The notes under the pieces are model-generated. The model did no database searches. It was not told the origin of the DNA and worked only from the letters and a program-made list of their open reading frames with translations. A program made the position numbers and the translations under genes. From a virus, in IMG/VR virus record IMGVR_UViG_3300038393_001401: a stretch of 64,000 bases of DNA, one strand, 5' to 3'. Positions 20,692 to 30,294 of the stretch are shown piece by piece (position 1 is the first letter of the stretch; each line of letters opens with the position of its first letter).

Positions 20692-21129
20692 TCAAACTTT
20701 CTTTTTCTTTTTTGGTTTCTCGGTTGATGCAACCAAGCTATTTTTGTAGTCGTTATAGTAACCGTTTATCTTATTGAATAGCCACTGTATCAAATAAGCA
20801 TACGCTTCTTCTGTTTCCTCTGTAAACCAAAGCCCACGCTTGTGAGCCAATGTACGAGCCAGGTGAACACACTCATGCACGATAATGTCTGGTGTGGTTT
20901 TATTGACATCAAACAAAGCCCAGGTGCCGTATACCCTCTGCCCTGTGGTTTTATTCTTCCTGTCAATGCAGCACACGCATGCGCTCATATCACCACCAAT
21001 CAGGTCTTTGGTACTTATGTTCTTTACCTTACACTGCTCACGTATTGACTGATTAATATCGTCAGTGAAAACAACGTCAATTAAATCCTGGTAAATGTGA
21101 TCCTCTATGTGATAAACTTCTTCTGTCAT
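20692..21129 (-). CDS. putative HExxH zinc metallopeptidase (SprT/ImmA-like)
   Basis: IIVHECVHLARTL contains HExxH. An upstream CVCC cluster is also present. 145 aa. Confidence 0.35.
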   Translation of the reverse strand: MTEEVYHIEDHIYQDLIDVVFTDDINQSIREQCKVKNISTKDLIGGDMSACVCCIDRKNKTTGQRVYGTWALFDVNKTTPDIIVHECVHLARTLAHKRGLWFTEETEEAYAYLIQWLFNKINGYYNDYKNSLVASTEKPKKKKKV

Positions 21130-21244
21130 ACCTTGTTCTTGATTCGCGAACCGCGAACTGATTTAAAAAATAAACCCAGTTATCCTCGCGATCCCTGGGT
21201 TTTAGTACAAACTTAAACTATATGCAAAATGAAATACTTCCTAC

Positions 21245-21565
21245 TTACTGCCCGCTATTAGCCTGTGACACCTGGTCACTTGACGATACATTGGTACCGG
21301 GAGACAACTGCTTACGTTTAGCTATAAGCATATTCACATTATCTGAGCTAGAATTTTTACCGGCCAGGTTTGGATTGTCACCAACACTTGCCATAGAACT
21401 TTTATTCAATGTTGCCACAGCCTTAGCTACATCAGCAGCATTCTGTTTAACCCCACCAACAATTACTGTTTTCTGATGCGGGTAACCCTTCGCTGTTATT
21501 GTGGTACCCTTTAAATTGCCACTATTTACGGTTTTACCACCGCCTCCACCACCACTATTTGCCAT
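21245..21565 (-). CDS. hypothetical G/S/N-rich protein
   Basis: N-terminal GGGGGG tract. 106 aa. Confidence 0.35.
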   Translation of the reverse strand: MANSGGGGGGKTVNSGNLKGTTITAKGYPHQKTVIVGGVKQNAADVAKAVATLNKSSMASVGDNPNLAGKNSSSDNVNMLIAKRKQLSPGTNVSSSDQVSQANSGQ

Positions 21566-21576
21566 ATTTCAAAAAT

Positions 21577-21807
21577 TTAAATGTCAACTTCACTAACTAC
21601 CGCGTTAAATATCTCGTGCTTGATAACTGTCTTTCTGTTGTAGATGTTATCTGTGTAAGCCTTTAAACATGACTTGCGTGTAGCCAACCTTACCTTGTCA
21701 GCAAGCTTACCAAGTAGACGGAAAAAGAAGTCATCATCCTGCCCCTCCAACACTCCTCTTTTCAACTCGCGCATCGTGTGACTTCTTATATATCCGTCTA
21801 TTGTCAT
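21577..21807 (-). CDS. hypothetical protein
   Basis: First minus-strand ORF after the 1.6 kb noncoding hub. Confidence 0.35.
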   Translation of the reverse strand: MTIDGYIRSHTMRELKRGVLEGQDDDFFFRLLGKLADKVRLATRKSCLKAYTDNIYNRKTVIKHEIFNAVVSEVDI

Positions 21808-22523
21808 CAGTATCTAACCCGCCTTATCCTTTTATTCTAAAATTCCAATCTCGTTTGTCCCCTATGGGTGGGGTAGGGCTACATCTACTATTAACTAAGT
21901 CCTGGTAGCACCTACCACCAAATTCCTTCTTGGACTATATAAAGATAAGAAAATAGTTTGAATATTACAAATTATAGTTGATTTTTTTAGTAATATTTTA
22001 TAAATTAACGCTGGCATGGAAAATCCTGTCTCAGAACCGTGTACCCCTCATTTCCCTAATCACAGTATAGGCGTATATGAAACAGATAACTATGCTCCTG
22101 GGCGAACGCATACCGCCGTGGGAATTTCAATCTGCAAACCGTGTACCCCATCTTTGAAAAGAAGTTCTAAATTGCTGATTATCAATTCATTCCGAAAAAG
22201 CTATTTACCAGATAAAGCCGATTTGTTTTAACCGTTTTCTCTACCATGATTAAATGAAACGATGGTAAATTCCTGTAAATCAACGCTTTGGGTAAATTCT
22301 GTATTAGTCCTAATAGGATTGAATACGATTTTTGCAGCCCGAAAATAAAATTTAGGCTTGTCTAAAAATAAAACCAATAATGTATACGACACATTTCGTA
22401 CTAAAAAAATAACGCACCTCTACCCTGATCTATTCTATCGCGCGCGACTTATACCACGTGCGCAGGATACAATTAGGGGCTGAAAGTATGTTGTAATATT
22501 TTACTAAATTATTTGAGAAATAT

Positions 22524-22553
22524 TTGCAGATTAAAATATTATCCCTATATTTG
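22524..22553 (+). promoter_or_regulatory. Bacteroidetes-type promoter candidate (TTTG ... TATATTTG)
   Basis: TTTG at about 22524 and TAnnTTTG (TATATTTG) at 22546-22553, about 18 nt apart. No ORF follows. Confidence 0.35.
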
Positions 22554-23314
22554 CATCATACCGAAACGAAAACGGGGTTTAACCCTGACAAGTAACGGGA
22601 AACGAATAAAAGGGCGGACGCAAGGTTTACCCGTTATATATAGTGAAGCAAACAAAATGTAATATTTTCACAAATTATTTGCAAATATCACAAATATAAC
22701 TACCTTTGTGACGTCCTCAATAATCGGGGACTAAAACGGTAACGCAAGGTTATCGGGCACGTTTGAAAGTTTGATATAGTAATTACGCAAAAAAGCCAAT
22801 GGTAGCTTTAGGGGGATAGGTACGCACAATCGGTAAATCCTCGCACTTCGGTGCACCCAATGAAGTAAGAGTAAGTAAAGTATGCGCCAATGAAAGTTAA
22901 ACCGTAGTGTTTTTGACGTATTGAATAGGGCAAGTCGTATATTAGGACTAACGAAAACAGGATAGCAACTGTTACTGGTATACGAATGCGCTGAGGCGTG
23001 GGCATAGGAATATGCATGTGTTAACACACATAGAGCGTCTTTACGGGGGCTGATTAAACCAAGTTAGATAGGTTAAAGGTAAAAGAGGTGGTTAAGCCGT
23101 ACACCAAAAAAGCGAAATTTGATTAAACAAAAATAGCTTTTCAGATAACCGCACGTTGTATCAATCGGATACAGGTTATGACCGTAGCATTGCGCACATA
23201 GTTATGACTCGATAGGTCTGACAAAGCAAGTCAAAGTTGAAAGTCTTTGACAATAGGATTCAACAGGGGAGTATAAGGCGTGACGCTGACTATCGAATAG
23301 TCTACTCCCCTCAT

Positions 23315-23337
23315 AGCACATAGTGTGCTTTTTTTAT
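23315..23337 (+). terminator. rho-independent terminator inside the noncoding hub
   Basis: AGCACA-tag-TGTGCT followed by TTTTTTT. Preceded by a long GGGGAGTA...TACTCCCC hairpin at 23267-23310. Confidence 0.5.
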
Positions 23338-23389
23338 TTCTTAGTATTGTTCACATATTACAAACTTATTTCAAATTAAATGTTCGGTT

Positions 23390-24016
23390 ATGAAAAAGAA
23401 CTATTTCCCGGTATCAGTTGATAGCATCGACTTCAAAGTATACCAATTGCGTAAATCAAAAGTTGACGGTGAAACAGAGCGTTTCAATATCACCGATAAC
23501 TTCAAACTAAAAAAGGGGGCATACTATTCTAGCTTTAAGCTGGCTCAAATCATGCTCTATAAGTTAGGGTTACTCTATGCTGAGCGCATTAACCTTGACA
23601 GGCTTTTGACTGAGGTTAAAGGTGCGGTTGACAAAGATGGTAATGTCAAGAAAGTTAAGGCTAAATCTGCCCTGTCTTTATCCGCCCCTCTTTACTTCGA
23701 GTTGTCATGGAAAGGTGTCAAGATAGACACGTTGCATGTAAACTCTACAATGACTAACAGTATCAAACTGACAGGTGAAAACCCGATAATGAACTGTTTG
23801 TTATACCTGACTACAGTTCTGAACGTGGTGTTAAAATCACTTGACGTGAAGGATATGGCCGGGGTGCAACGTACATTAGCAAGCATAGGTGTTGAAACCG
23901 ACAAGCTCAAGATCAATGAGAACTATGGATTGATGCGCGAATTGCCGGGACTAACTGAGCTTAAAGACGGTAGCCTTGCTATTGCTGAAGCTGACGCGGT
24001 TGAAGTAAACGAATAA
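23390..24016 (+). CDS. hypothetical protein (first plus-strand accessory gene)
   Basis: 208-aa ORF with ATATTACAAA motif 25 nt upstream. Terminator at 24206-24236 downstream. Confidence 0.5.
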   Translation: MKKNYFPVSVDSIDFKVYQLRKSKVDGETERFNITDNFKLKKGAYYSSFKLAQIMLYKLGLLYAERINLDRLLTEVKGAVDKDGNVKKVKAKSALSLSAPLYFELSWKGVKIDTLHVNSTMTNSIKLTGENPIMNCLLYLTTVLNVVLKSLDVKDMAGVQRTLASIGVETDKLKINENYGLMRELPGLTELKDGSLAIAEADAVEVNE

Positions 24017-24205
24017 GAACCGCAGACGCATAGCGTCGATGTTTCAAAGAATCGCAGTTTCCAAATATAACACACGTCTAAGCGAGGCGGCGACACAGAT
24101 GATGGTGTACGCTGCTATTACAGGGGTCGCAACCCTGCGTGTGTTCATAGAGTGTGCAAGCATCTCTTAATTTATTCTACATCTATCTATTAATTACCTG
24201 TGAGA

Positions 24206-24236
24206 AGCACCTGCTGTGAAGTGGGTGCTTTTTTAT
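24206..24236 (+). terminator. rho-independent terminator
   Basis: AGCACC-loop-GGTGCT followed by TTTTTT. Confidence 0.45.
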
Positions 24237-24437
24237 CAAACCATAACTAACCCTACACAACCATGAAAAGAACTTTCACACAACCGCCTGTGATCCCACC
24301 TGGCTATGATGGACGCAGCTTTAATAAATGGGTTGCTGATATTCAACGGCCATTGGATAAAATCCGAGGGACTAACGTAACGCACAAGTTACGGGCAACT
24401 GGTAAATAACAGTTTAATTATTACAAACTTATTTGTT

Positions 24438-24629
24438 ATGGATACAAAGAAGTTCTTTAGCTACGGTACACCGTACGTAAACTACTATGGTTATACCCAA
24501 GGCAAGACAGCATATGTAGTTGTGGTTCACACGACAGGTCACTGTTACATGTTCGTCAAAGACAACAAGTGTAATAAGACGCCTATACATGATGAGGTAA
24601 TCAAGCACTTTAACTTAAACATAAACTAA
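24438..24629 (+). CDS. hypothetical small protein
   Basis: 63-aa ORF with ATTACAAAC motif 9 nt upstream. Confidence 0.4.
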   Translation: MDTKKFFSYGTPYVNYYGYTQGKTAYVVVVHTTGHCYMFVKDNKCNKTPIHDEVIKHFNLNIN

Positions 24630-24643
24630 ACCACAATATATAG

Positions 24644-25516
24644 ATGAAAAAGATAACTGGTTATAAAGTTACGGACGCAAATATGAAGTGCCGTGGCTTT
24701 CAATTTGAATTAAATAAAGTATACAACCAATCAGGTACTATCACACCGTGTAAAAACGGCTTTCATTATTGCTTGGTGCCTGCGGATTGTTTTGATTATT
24801 ACACATTCGATCCAAAAAATAGAGTGTTTGAGATAATAGATCATGGCGACACAAAGACAGATGGCAATAAATCCTGCACATCTTCAATAGAGTTGGTGCG
24901 GGAATTAACCTGGCTTGAGGTTTTGACTATTGTAAACACCGGTAAGGATAATACTGGCCTTAAAAATAGCGGGTACAGGAATAGCGGGTACAGGAATAGC
25001 GGGGACTGGAATAGCGGGGACAGTAATAGCGGGGACAGTAATAGCGGGGACAGTAATAGCGGGTACAGGAATAGCGGGGACAGTAATAGCGGGGACAGTA
25101 ATAGCGGGTACAGGAATAGCGGGGACTGGAATAGCGGGAACAGGAATAGCGGGGACAGTAATAGCGGGTACAGGAATAGCGGTGCTTTCTGCACAGATAA
25201 TAATCCTAAGATTAGATTATTTGACATCGAGACGAACATGACTGTTAGAGAGTGGGAGTCGCATATGGCATACCAAATAATGGCTAATTATCTTATACCT
25301 AATATATGGATAAGTGAAAGCGAGATGACACCAGAACAAAAAGATCAATACCCTTCATATAAAACAACCGGCGGATTTTTAAAGTCGATACCGATGCATG
25401 AAGCTTGGTCTAATATGTGGCATAATCTAACGGATGCCAATAAATCTGTATTCACCTCTCTACCTGGGTTTGATGCTGAAAAATTCAAAACAATCACTGG
25501 AATATCTATAAAATAA
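24644..25516 (+). CDS. repeat protein with 15-bp/5-aa NSG(D/Y)(S/R/W) tandem repeats
   Basis: 290 aa. Cys-containing N-terminal domain, about 14.5 near-perfect 15-nt repeats at 24965-25182, then a W/Y-rich C-terminal domain. Confidence 0.55.
   Translation: MKKITGYKVTDANMKCRGFQFELNKVYNQSGTITPCKNGFHYCLVPADCFDYYTFDPKNRVFEIIDHGDTKTDGNKSCTSSIELVRELTWLEVLTIVNTGKDNTGLKNSGYRNSGYRNSGDWNSGDSNSGDSNSGDSNSGYRNSGDSNSGDSNSGYRNSGDWNSGNRNSGDSNSGYRNSGAFCTDNNPKIRLFDIETNMTVREWESHMAYQIMANYLIPNIWISESEMTPEQKDQYPSYKTTGGFLKSIPMHEAWSNMWHNLTDANKSVFTSLPGFDAEKFKTITGISIK
24965..25182 (+). repeat. 15-bp tandem repeat array (AATAGCGGGGACAGT-like, about 14.5 copies), in-frame within a CDS
   Basis: Directly visible at nucleotide level with only a few variant positions per unit. 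Confidence 0.9.
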
Positions 25517-25537
25517 AAAACATAAACTAATATTACT

Positions 25538-25759
25538 ATGGCAAAGTCACGCAACAACCGCAAGCCAGGTGCAGGCAAGTTATTACGCACACAGGTTATC
25601 ACGCACCACAGAGATGACCGTGGGAAACTACACCCCAACACAATCTCACATTCAGTAAAGGCGAAACACAATAAAGCCGGTGATGTAATAACCAGGGCAT
25701 TCACACACCACAAACCAATTTCTAAAACAATCATTCACTCTCGTAGGGTAGCAGTGTAA
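25538..25759 (+). CDS. small basic His-rich protein
   Basis: 73-aa, K/R/H-rich. Nucleic-acid-binding candidate. Confidence 0.35.
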   Translation: MAKSRNNRKPGAGKLLRTQVITHHRDDRGKLHPNTISHSVKAKHNKAGDVITRAFTHHKPISKTIIHSRRVAV

Positions 25760-26050
25760 ACCGAAAGGTACTATCACGCGCACACGTACGCGCAAAAACT
25801 ATTGTTATGGCAATGTCGTTTACATCACCTCTCGGTAAGACCATTGGTACACTCCCGGCAAACAGTGGTAATCAAATTACAAAATCTTATTATGATTTTT
25901 TAGTTGGAGAGATTAATAGAGGTACGGTTATCAAGGCTGTTTGTGCAATTGAGCACCGAAGGTTTAACTATACGTCATATCATTTAATATCAATAAGATA
26001 ATTTCAATCACTATGGTAAACACGGGTGATTAATACACGTCCCGTTCGTC

Positions 26051-26139
26051 TAATTGGGAGGTTAATTACCTCATTAGGACGCAAGACTTTCATTCTTGAA
26101 ATAGGTGTTCGAGCCGCCTACGGGATACTCAAAACAATT
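26051..26139 (+). tRNA. tRNA-Glu(TTC)-like with a 17-nt hairpin inserted in the D-loop
   Basis: Acceptor GTCCCGT/ACGGGAT, 5' end GTCCCGTTCGTCTA as in bacterial tRNA-Glu, anticodon stem CAAGA/TCTTG with loop CTTTCAT, T-arm AGGTG-TTCGAGC-CGCCT. The D-loop carries an extra GAGGTtaattACCTC hairpin. Confidence 0.45.
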
Positions 26140-26161
26140 CAATTGCAACGGCCCGGTCGTC

Positions 26162-26233
26162 TAGTGGTTAGGACGAAAGATTTTCATTCTTTAAACAGCA
26201 GTTCGATTCTGCTTCGGGCTACAATACAGAGGA
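26162..26233 (+). tRNA. tRNA-Glu (anticodon TTC)
   Basis: Acceptor GGCCCGG/TCGGGCT (two G-U ends), D-arm GTC-TAGTGGTTAG-GAC, anticodon stem AAAGA/TCTTT with loop TTTTCAT, T-arm AGCAG-TTCGATT-CTGCT. Confidence 0.7.
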
Positions 26234-26349
26234 GCGCAAGCACACTCGTATGATCGATGTCAACTGGTCAACTGACAATAACTTTGACCATGAAGTTCCG
26301 ATGCATGTACAGGCCTTTGGCAGTATCCCATCTTCTTCATTCTAAAAAC

Positions 26350-26579
26350 CGTCCGTTCGTTTAGCCGGATGGGGGATTACAGTGTGTCATAAGGATGAAC
26401 AGTGAGTGGAAGCGAGTGCTGAGTATGGATCAAAGTAACCCATAGTCATCTAAGGATAGAGCTATGATTAGGAACGATGAAAGGCGAGTGCTGGCCGGGG
26501 GCACCACATGCACAATTGTAAGAACCCATACAAGACTGCACAGGTAGGTGCAACGGGTGTTCGATTCACCCACGGGGGG
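26350..26579 (+). ncRNA. tRNA-like element with an insertion of about 150 nt (degenerate or intron-containing Glu-type tRNA?)
   Basis: 5' end CGTCCGTTCGTTTAGCC parallels the two Glu tRNAs. 3' end has T-arm GGGTG-TTCGATT-CACCC plus ACGGGGG pairing to the 5' end with one mismatch. Confidence 0.25.
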
Positions 26580-26772
26580 CTTAACCTTTAAACTAAATCA
26601 TTATGGGAAAGTTATGTAATATATCTGCAGCAATAATGGTATTATCATTTTTAGTAGGAGTCATATCATTGATTGATGTAATATGGTGGAACGATATATT
26701 GTATCTAAAGATATTTGCAACATGTGCTGTTGTGTTTCTGGCATCTATGTCTGTATTTAAAACATCTCACCC

Positions 26773-27186
26773 ATGAAAGAGCAATTAGTATCATTCGAAA
26801 CAGCAAAGCTTGCCAAAGAGAAGGGGTTTGATTGGGTTTGTGGAACAATCTACAATGACTCTCAGATTGTTTTAGCTTTCTATCCTCATGAATGTTATTA
26901 TGGGTACAGCCCACTTGATGAAGTGCGTGATCATTACCCACTACCAGATAAGGATATACTCTACGCCCCTACTCAATCACTCCTGCAGAAATGGTTGCGG
27001 GATGTTGAAGGAATAGACATAGATATTGTGAAGTATCAGTTCAATACTGATAAGCGATATGAATACTCGGTATTTTTCATGGGTATTTATTACTCATGCA
27101 GTGGTTATGACTCATACGAGAAGTGTCTTGAAGCCGCATTGATCGAAGCCTTAAATAAGATCAAGGCATCGGCTCCCACTTCTTAG
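26773..27186 (+). CDS. hypothetical protein
   Basis: 137-aa ORF. Confidence 0.4.
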   Translation: MKEQLVSFETAKLAKEKGFDWVCGTIYNDSQIVLAFYPHECYYGYSPLDEVRDHYPLPDKDILYAPTQSLLQKWLRDVEGIDIDIVKYQFNTDKRYEYSVFFMGIYYSCSGYDSYEKCLEAALIEALNKIKASAPTS

Positions 27187-27727
27187 TTCCTTGATTATAT
27201 ACCTGCACCTGATCGGTAGTATTATCTACCCTGACTAGTTGTGTGCCCACATATGTATACTTCTTTGAGTTGCTATCTGCGTCTGACCATACAATAACAG
27301 CGCATGCAATTAATGCCAGGCTAACGGTGCATATAACAATTAATATTCTTTTAATAACTGTCCAGATCATAACGATAAAGATATGAAGAAATATCATTAC
27401 ACAATATATGACCACACAGGTCGTATCGTGGCGTCATCCTTTAATACAGATGGTTACGACAGCCACATAAGCGCATACACTCACGGTGAGTCAGCTTGCA
27501 CAGATAAGCATTACCGAATTGAAATAGTTTAAACCCAATTATAATTAAGTAGATGTTAGATGAAATCATTTATTCTAATCGTTGCCATCGTGGTTATAAT
27601 AATAACCTGGGTAATCTTTCAGCGATAGTGTGAGTGCGGTACTATCATCAAAAACGGTAGTCCGTTCTCACGTTATTTTCATCACGTCCATAAACTGTTT
27701 AAATATTACAAACTAAACACAAATAAA

Positions 27728-27925
27728 ATGAATTACGAATTTAAAGCTAAATCAGCGTTCGCGGTGCTTATGCTGATCCTTTGCATTGTATCAATGTATG
27801 TGGTTTATTCTGGTAAGCTCGGAGCTATACTATTGGCTTTCGTCTGCGCACCGGTATTCTTCGCACTCCTGTGTGATTTGATCACAGAATACATTCAAAA
27901 CTATTATAAAGTAAAAAAATGGTAA
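27728..27925 (+). CDS. small two-TM membrane protein
   Basis: 65 aa with two hydrophobic segments. Motif ATATTACAAAC about 17 nt upstream. Confidence 0.4.
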   Translation: MNYEFKAKSAFAVLMLILCIVSMYVVYSGKLGAILLAFVCAPVFFALLCDLITEYIQNYYKVKKW

Positions 27926-28049
27926 AGGTAAAGTATCAATTGGACGGTCATACCAGGTATGGCGTGTCAGACGGGAAACGTAACCGTCACGGTGAGTTAA
28001 AAGTCCTGACGAGGGGTGTGCGTATCATCTATACAAAAGCGGAGGTCGT

Positions 28050-28832
28050 GTGAGAACTATAGTAGTAAATGGCATCACTATTCATGATGGTGATATGGTT
28101 GAGGGGTTTATAGAGGACAAGCCGGTTAAGGGTAAAATAAACCTGACGTCAGCCCAAGCTGCAGCATTTTTCTGTCAGAATATCTATTGCGGTAGCAATC
28201 CCCCCGACGGGAAAAAGTTTGGATATAATTACTCTTGGGTATTTAATGTATATAGTGGTAAGGCAAACCACGGTGTTGAAATAACCAAAAACCTATCCCG
28301 CCCATTAGCAAAGTCGGACTCCCGCCCATCAATCAACGTTCCAGGAGTCGGTGAGTTATATCACGGAGACTACATCAAGGTGAAGATTGCTGACTATAAA
28401 CCAACTACACTATTCAAGTGTAAACTGGTTCTGCACGATGGTAAGGCTTACCTTAATAACGACAAGATAGGTAGTCCATCTGTTCCATATGGCGTACCAA
28501 AGTTTAAATACCCGCACCTGTGGCCGTTCTCTGTAACCGGAAGTGGATGCACCAACTCGGTCACCATTAAAGAACTGGTTGAGAGAGCGCCTGTACCTGA
28601 CGAAGCATTAGCTAGTGTATCATGGTCGGTTGTTGATCCAGGTGGTTATAACCCACCAAAGAAATTCCCAGAGCCAGAGCCTAAGCGTTCAACCGATAAA
28701 GTGAAATATTCGGATGGCTACAAAACGGGGCATCCCGCAGTCATAACTGAATACCCATCAACAGTAAAGGCTGAAACACCTGGTATCCGTATTCGCCACA
28801 AGAAAGTACTACGGTTAAATACCGACCTGTAA
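28050..28832 (+). CDS. hypothetical protein
   Basis: 260-aa ORF. Confidence 0.45.
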   Translation: MRTIVVNGITIHDGDMVEGFIEDKPVKGKINLTSAQAAAFFCQNIYCGSNPPDGKKFGYNYSWVFNVYSGKANHGVEITKNLSRPLAKSDSRPSINVPGVGELYHGDYIKVKIADYKPTTLFKCKLVLHDGKAYLNNDKIGSPSVPYGVPKFKYPHLWPFSVTGSGCTNSVTIKELVERAPVPDEALASVSWSVVDPGGYNPPKKFPEPEPKRSTDKVKYSDGYKTGHPAVITEYPSTVKAETPGIRIRHKKVLRLNTDL

Positions 28833-28894
28833 TCTGCAATCAATAAATCAAATAAATAAATAACAAACAATTTAAAAAATCGGAGGATTCAAAC

Positions 28895-29212
28895 ATGTCA
28901 GACAAAAAAGACACCGCAACACTTTCAAAATTCCAACAGATCGTAGCTGACGCTGCAGCAGCTAAGAAAACCCTGAACGGTAAGCTGTTAGAGAACAGCA
29001 TCAAACGTAAATTCGCAGCGGCTTATGACGCAGCAGAAGCAGCAAAAGACAAGGCTGAAATGGACTACAATGATACCATCTCTAACCTGGATTACTTTGA
29101 TGTTCAGAATTTGGTTGACGCCAAACAAATCATCAATGATGCTGCAGACGCTCAGGATTTAATCCTTGAAGCTTACAAAGACCTGTTCGGTGAGGACATG
29201 AAGGTAAACTAA
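28895..29212 (+). CDS. small helical acidic protein, paralog of 33674..33967
   Basis: GGAGG 8 nt upstream, unusually strong for this genome. Shares about 40% identity with the ORF at 33674, including the C-terminal (E/D)AYKDLF(G/S)ED. Confidence 0.5.
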   Translation: MSDKKDTATLSKFQQIVADAAAAKKTLNGKLLENSIKRKFAAAYDAAEAAKDKAEMDYNDTISNLDYFDVQNLVDAKQIINDAADAQDLILEAYKDLFGEDMKVN

Positions 29213-29280
29213 TTTGCTGTGCCAAAGTAAATTTTTTCAAACTAAGATAAGGGTGTGGATAAACTGCACCCCTATCTATT

Positions 29281-29411
29281 TGTGCGGGTAGCTCAGTCTG
29301 GTTAGAGCATCGGGAATGGTGAGACGTGGTGCAAATCCACCTGTCGCGAGGTAGTATAGTAGTTATTACGCACCGCTACCGAAGATCGATGGTTCAAATC
29401 CATCCCCGTAC
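29281..29411 (+). ncRNA. tRNA-like cluster (non-canonical; one tRNA with an insertion of about 55 nt, or two degenerate tRNAs)
   Basis: Canonical 5' half GTGCGGG-TA-GCTC-AGTCTGGTTA-GAGC. Two T-arm-like hairpins (GTGG-TGCAAAT-CCAC and GATGG-TTCAAAT-CCATC). Perfect 7-bp pairing between 29281-29287 and 29404-29410. Confidence 0.35.
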
Positions 29412-29452
29412 GCGACATACACTCGTATGTTAATTGTGATAAGGTTTAGGTT

Positions 29453-29489
29453 GAAGTCCCCAATACGCGATGTAACGGGGACTTTTTTT
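29453..29489 (+). terminator. rho-independent terminator after the tRNA cluster
   Basis: GTCCCC-15 nt-GGGGAC followed by T8. Confidence 0.55.
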
Positions 29490-29749
29490 TCATGGGTTAA
29501 TGTGCAGGACGCACTTCAAACATCGGATAGTGAAGCATACGATACTCCCCGACAAATGCTAACAGTAATGTAAAGCCCGGAGTAATGCAGGAGAAGCGAC
29601 ATCTCTATAACCCACACACACTAAGTAAGTAATATGTTAAATCACTTCAATACACTAAGGCTATGAACTTATGTATCGTACTGGCGGCAATCCTTACCGC
29701 TATCTCAATTGAAGAATTGAAAGCACAAATCAAAAATAGATAGAATAAA

Positions 29750-30241
29750 ATGAAATACGAATTGATCAAGGAATACCCTGGTAGTCCAAAGTTGGGTACC
29801 GAGGTTGAAACCACAATGGCGAATAGCGCAATGGTTGAAGGCCGTTGGTTGTACGAAGTTGGTAAGAGTGAGGAGTTTTGGAAAAAGGTGGAGCCTAAAG
29901 TATTGTTCACCAGTGAAGATGGGAAAGAAATCTTCGAGGAGCAAGAGGCATTCTATATTACCAATGACGATAAGCACGATGCCTTTGATATTAAAGACAA
30001 GAAGTTCGAAAGGTCTTTTGATATGGATAAGCACAAGGGCTATAAGTTTTTCTCAACCAAAGATGCTGCAGCAGAGTATGTCCTGTTCAACAAACCGACA
30101 TTCTCTATAAATGATCTATGTGGTAACGTACTATCTGAGGACTGTGAATTGAAAAAGAAGCTGTTACGCATTGCTGAGAATAAACTCAATGGCAAAACAG
30201 AGCCGGGTACTATCACCACAACGGCGGTAGCGACTGTTTAG
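29750..30241 (+). CDS. hypothetical protein
   Basis: 163-aa ORF with AAAATAGATAGAATAAAATG leader. Confidence 0.45.
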   Translation: MKYELIKEYPGSPKLGTEVETTMANSAMVEGRWLYEVGKSEEFWKKVEPKVLFTSEDGKEIFEEQEAFYITNDDKHDAFDIKDKKFERSFDMDKHKGYKFFSTKDAAAEYVLFNKPTFSINDLCGNVLSEDCELKKKLLRIAENKLNGKTEPGTITTTAVATV

Positions 30242-30294
30242 TTCATATATTACAAACTTATCATTAATTATTGTTCGGTCTAAAATAAAATAAT

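Noticed and set aside
22016-23027. Small ORFs in the noncoding hub (22016..22231 +, 22731..23027 -, 22808..23017 -)
   Set aside because: They overlap one another, have improbable composition and lie in a region dense with promoter and hairpin signals. They were treated as noncoding.
24965-25182. CRISPR array
   Set aside because: Units are contiguous 15-bp tandem repeats with no spacers and lie in-frame inside a long ORF.
24644-25516. Classical pentapeptide-repeat (Qnr/MfpA-like) protein
   Set aside because: The 5-aa unit NSG(D/Y)x lacks the central hydrophobic L/F of the A(D/N)LxG consensus. It is more likely a polar low-complexity repeat.
26026-26253. 75-aa ORF
   Set aside because: It is completely covered by the two tRNA-Glu genes.
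29647-30110. Minus-strand ORFs 29647..29910 and 29705..30034, and plus-strand ORF 29805..30110
   Set aside because: They overlap the better-supported plus-strand ORF 29750..30241. The minus-strand pair is antisense to it and the plus-strand one is in an alternative frame.
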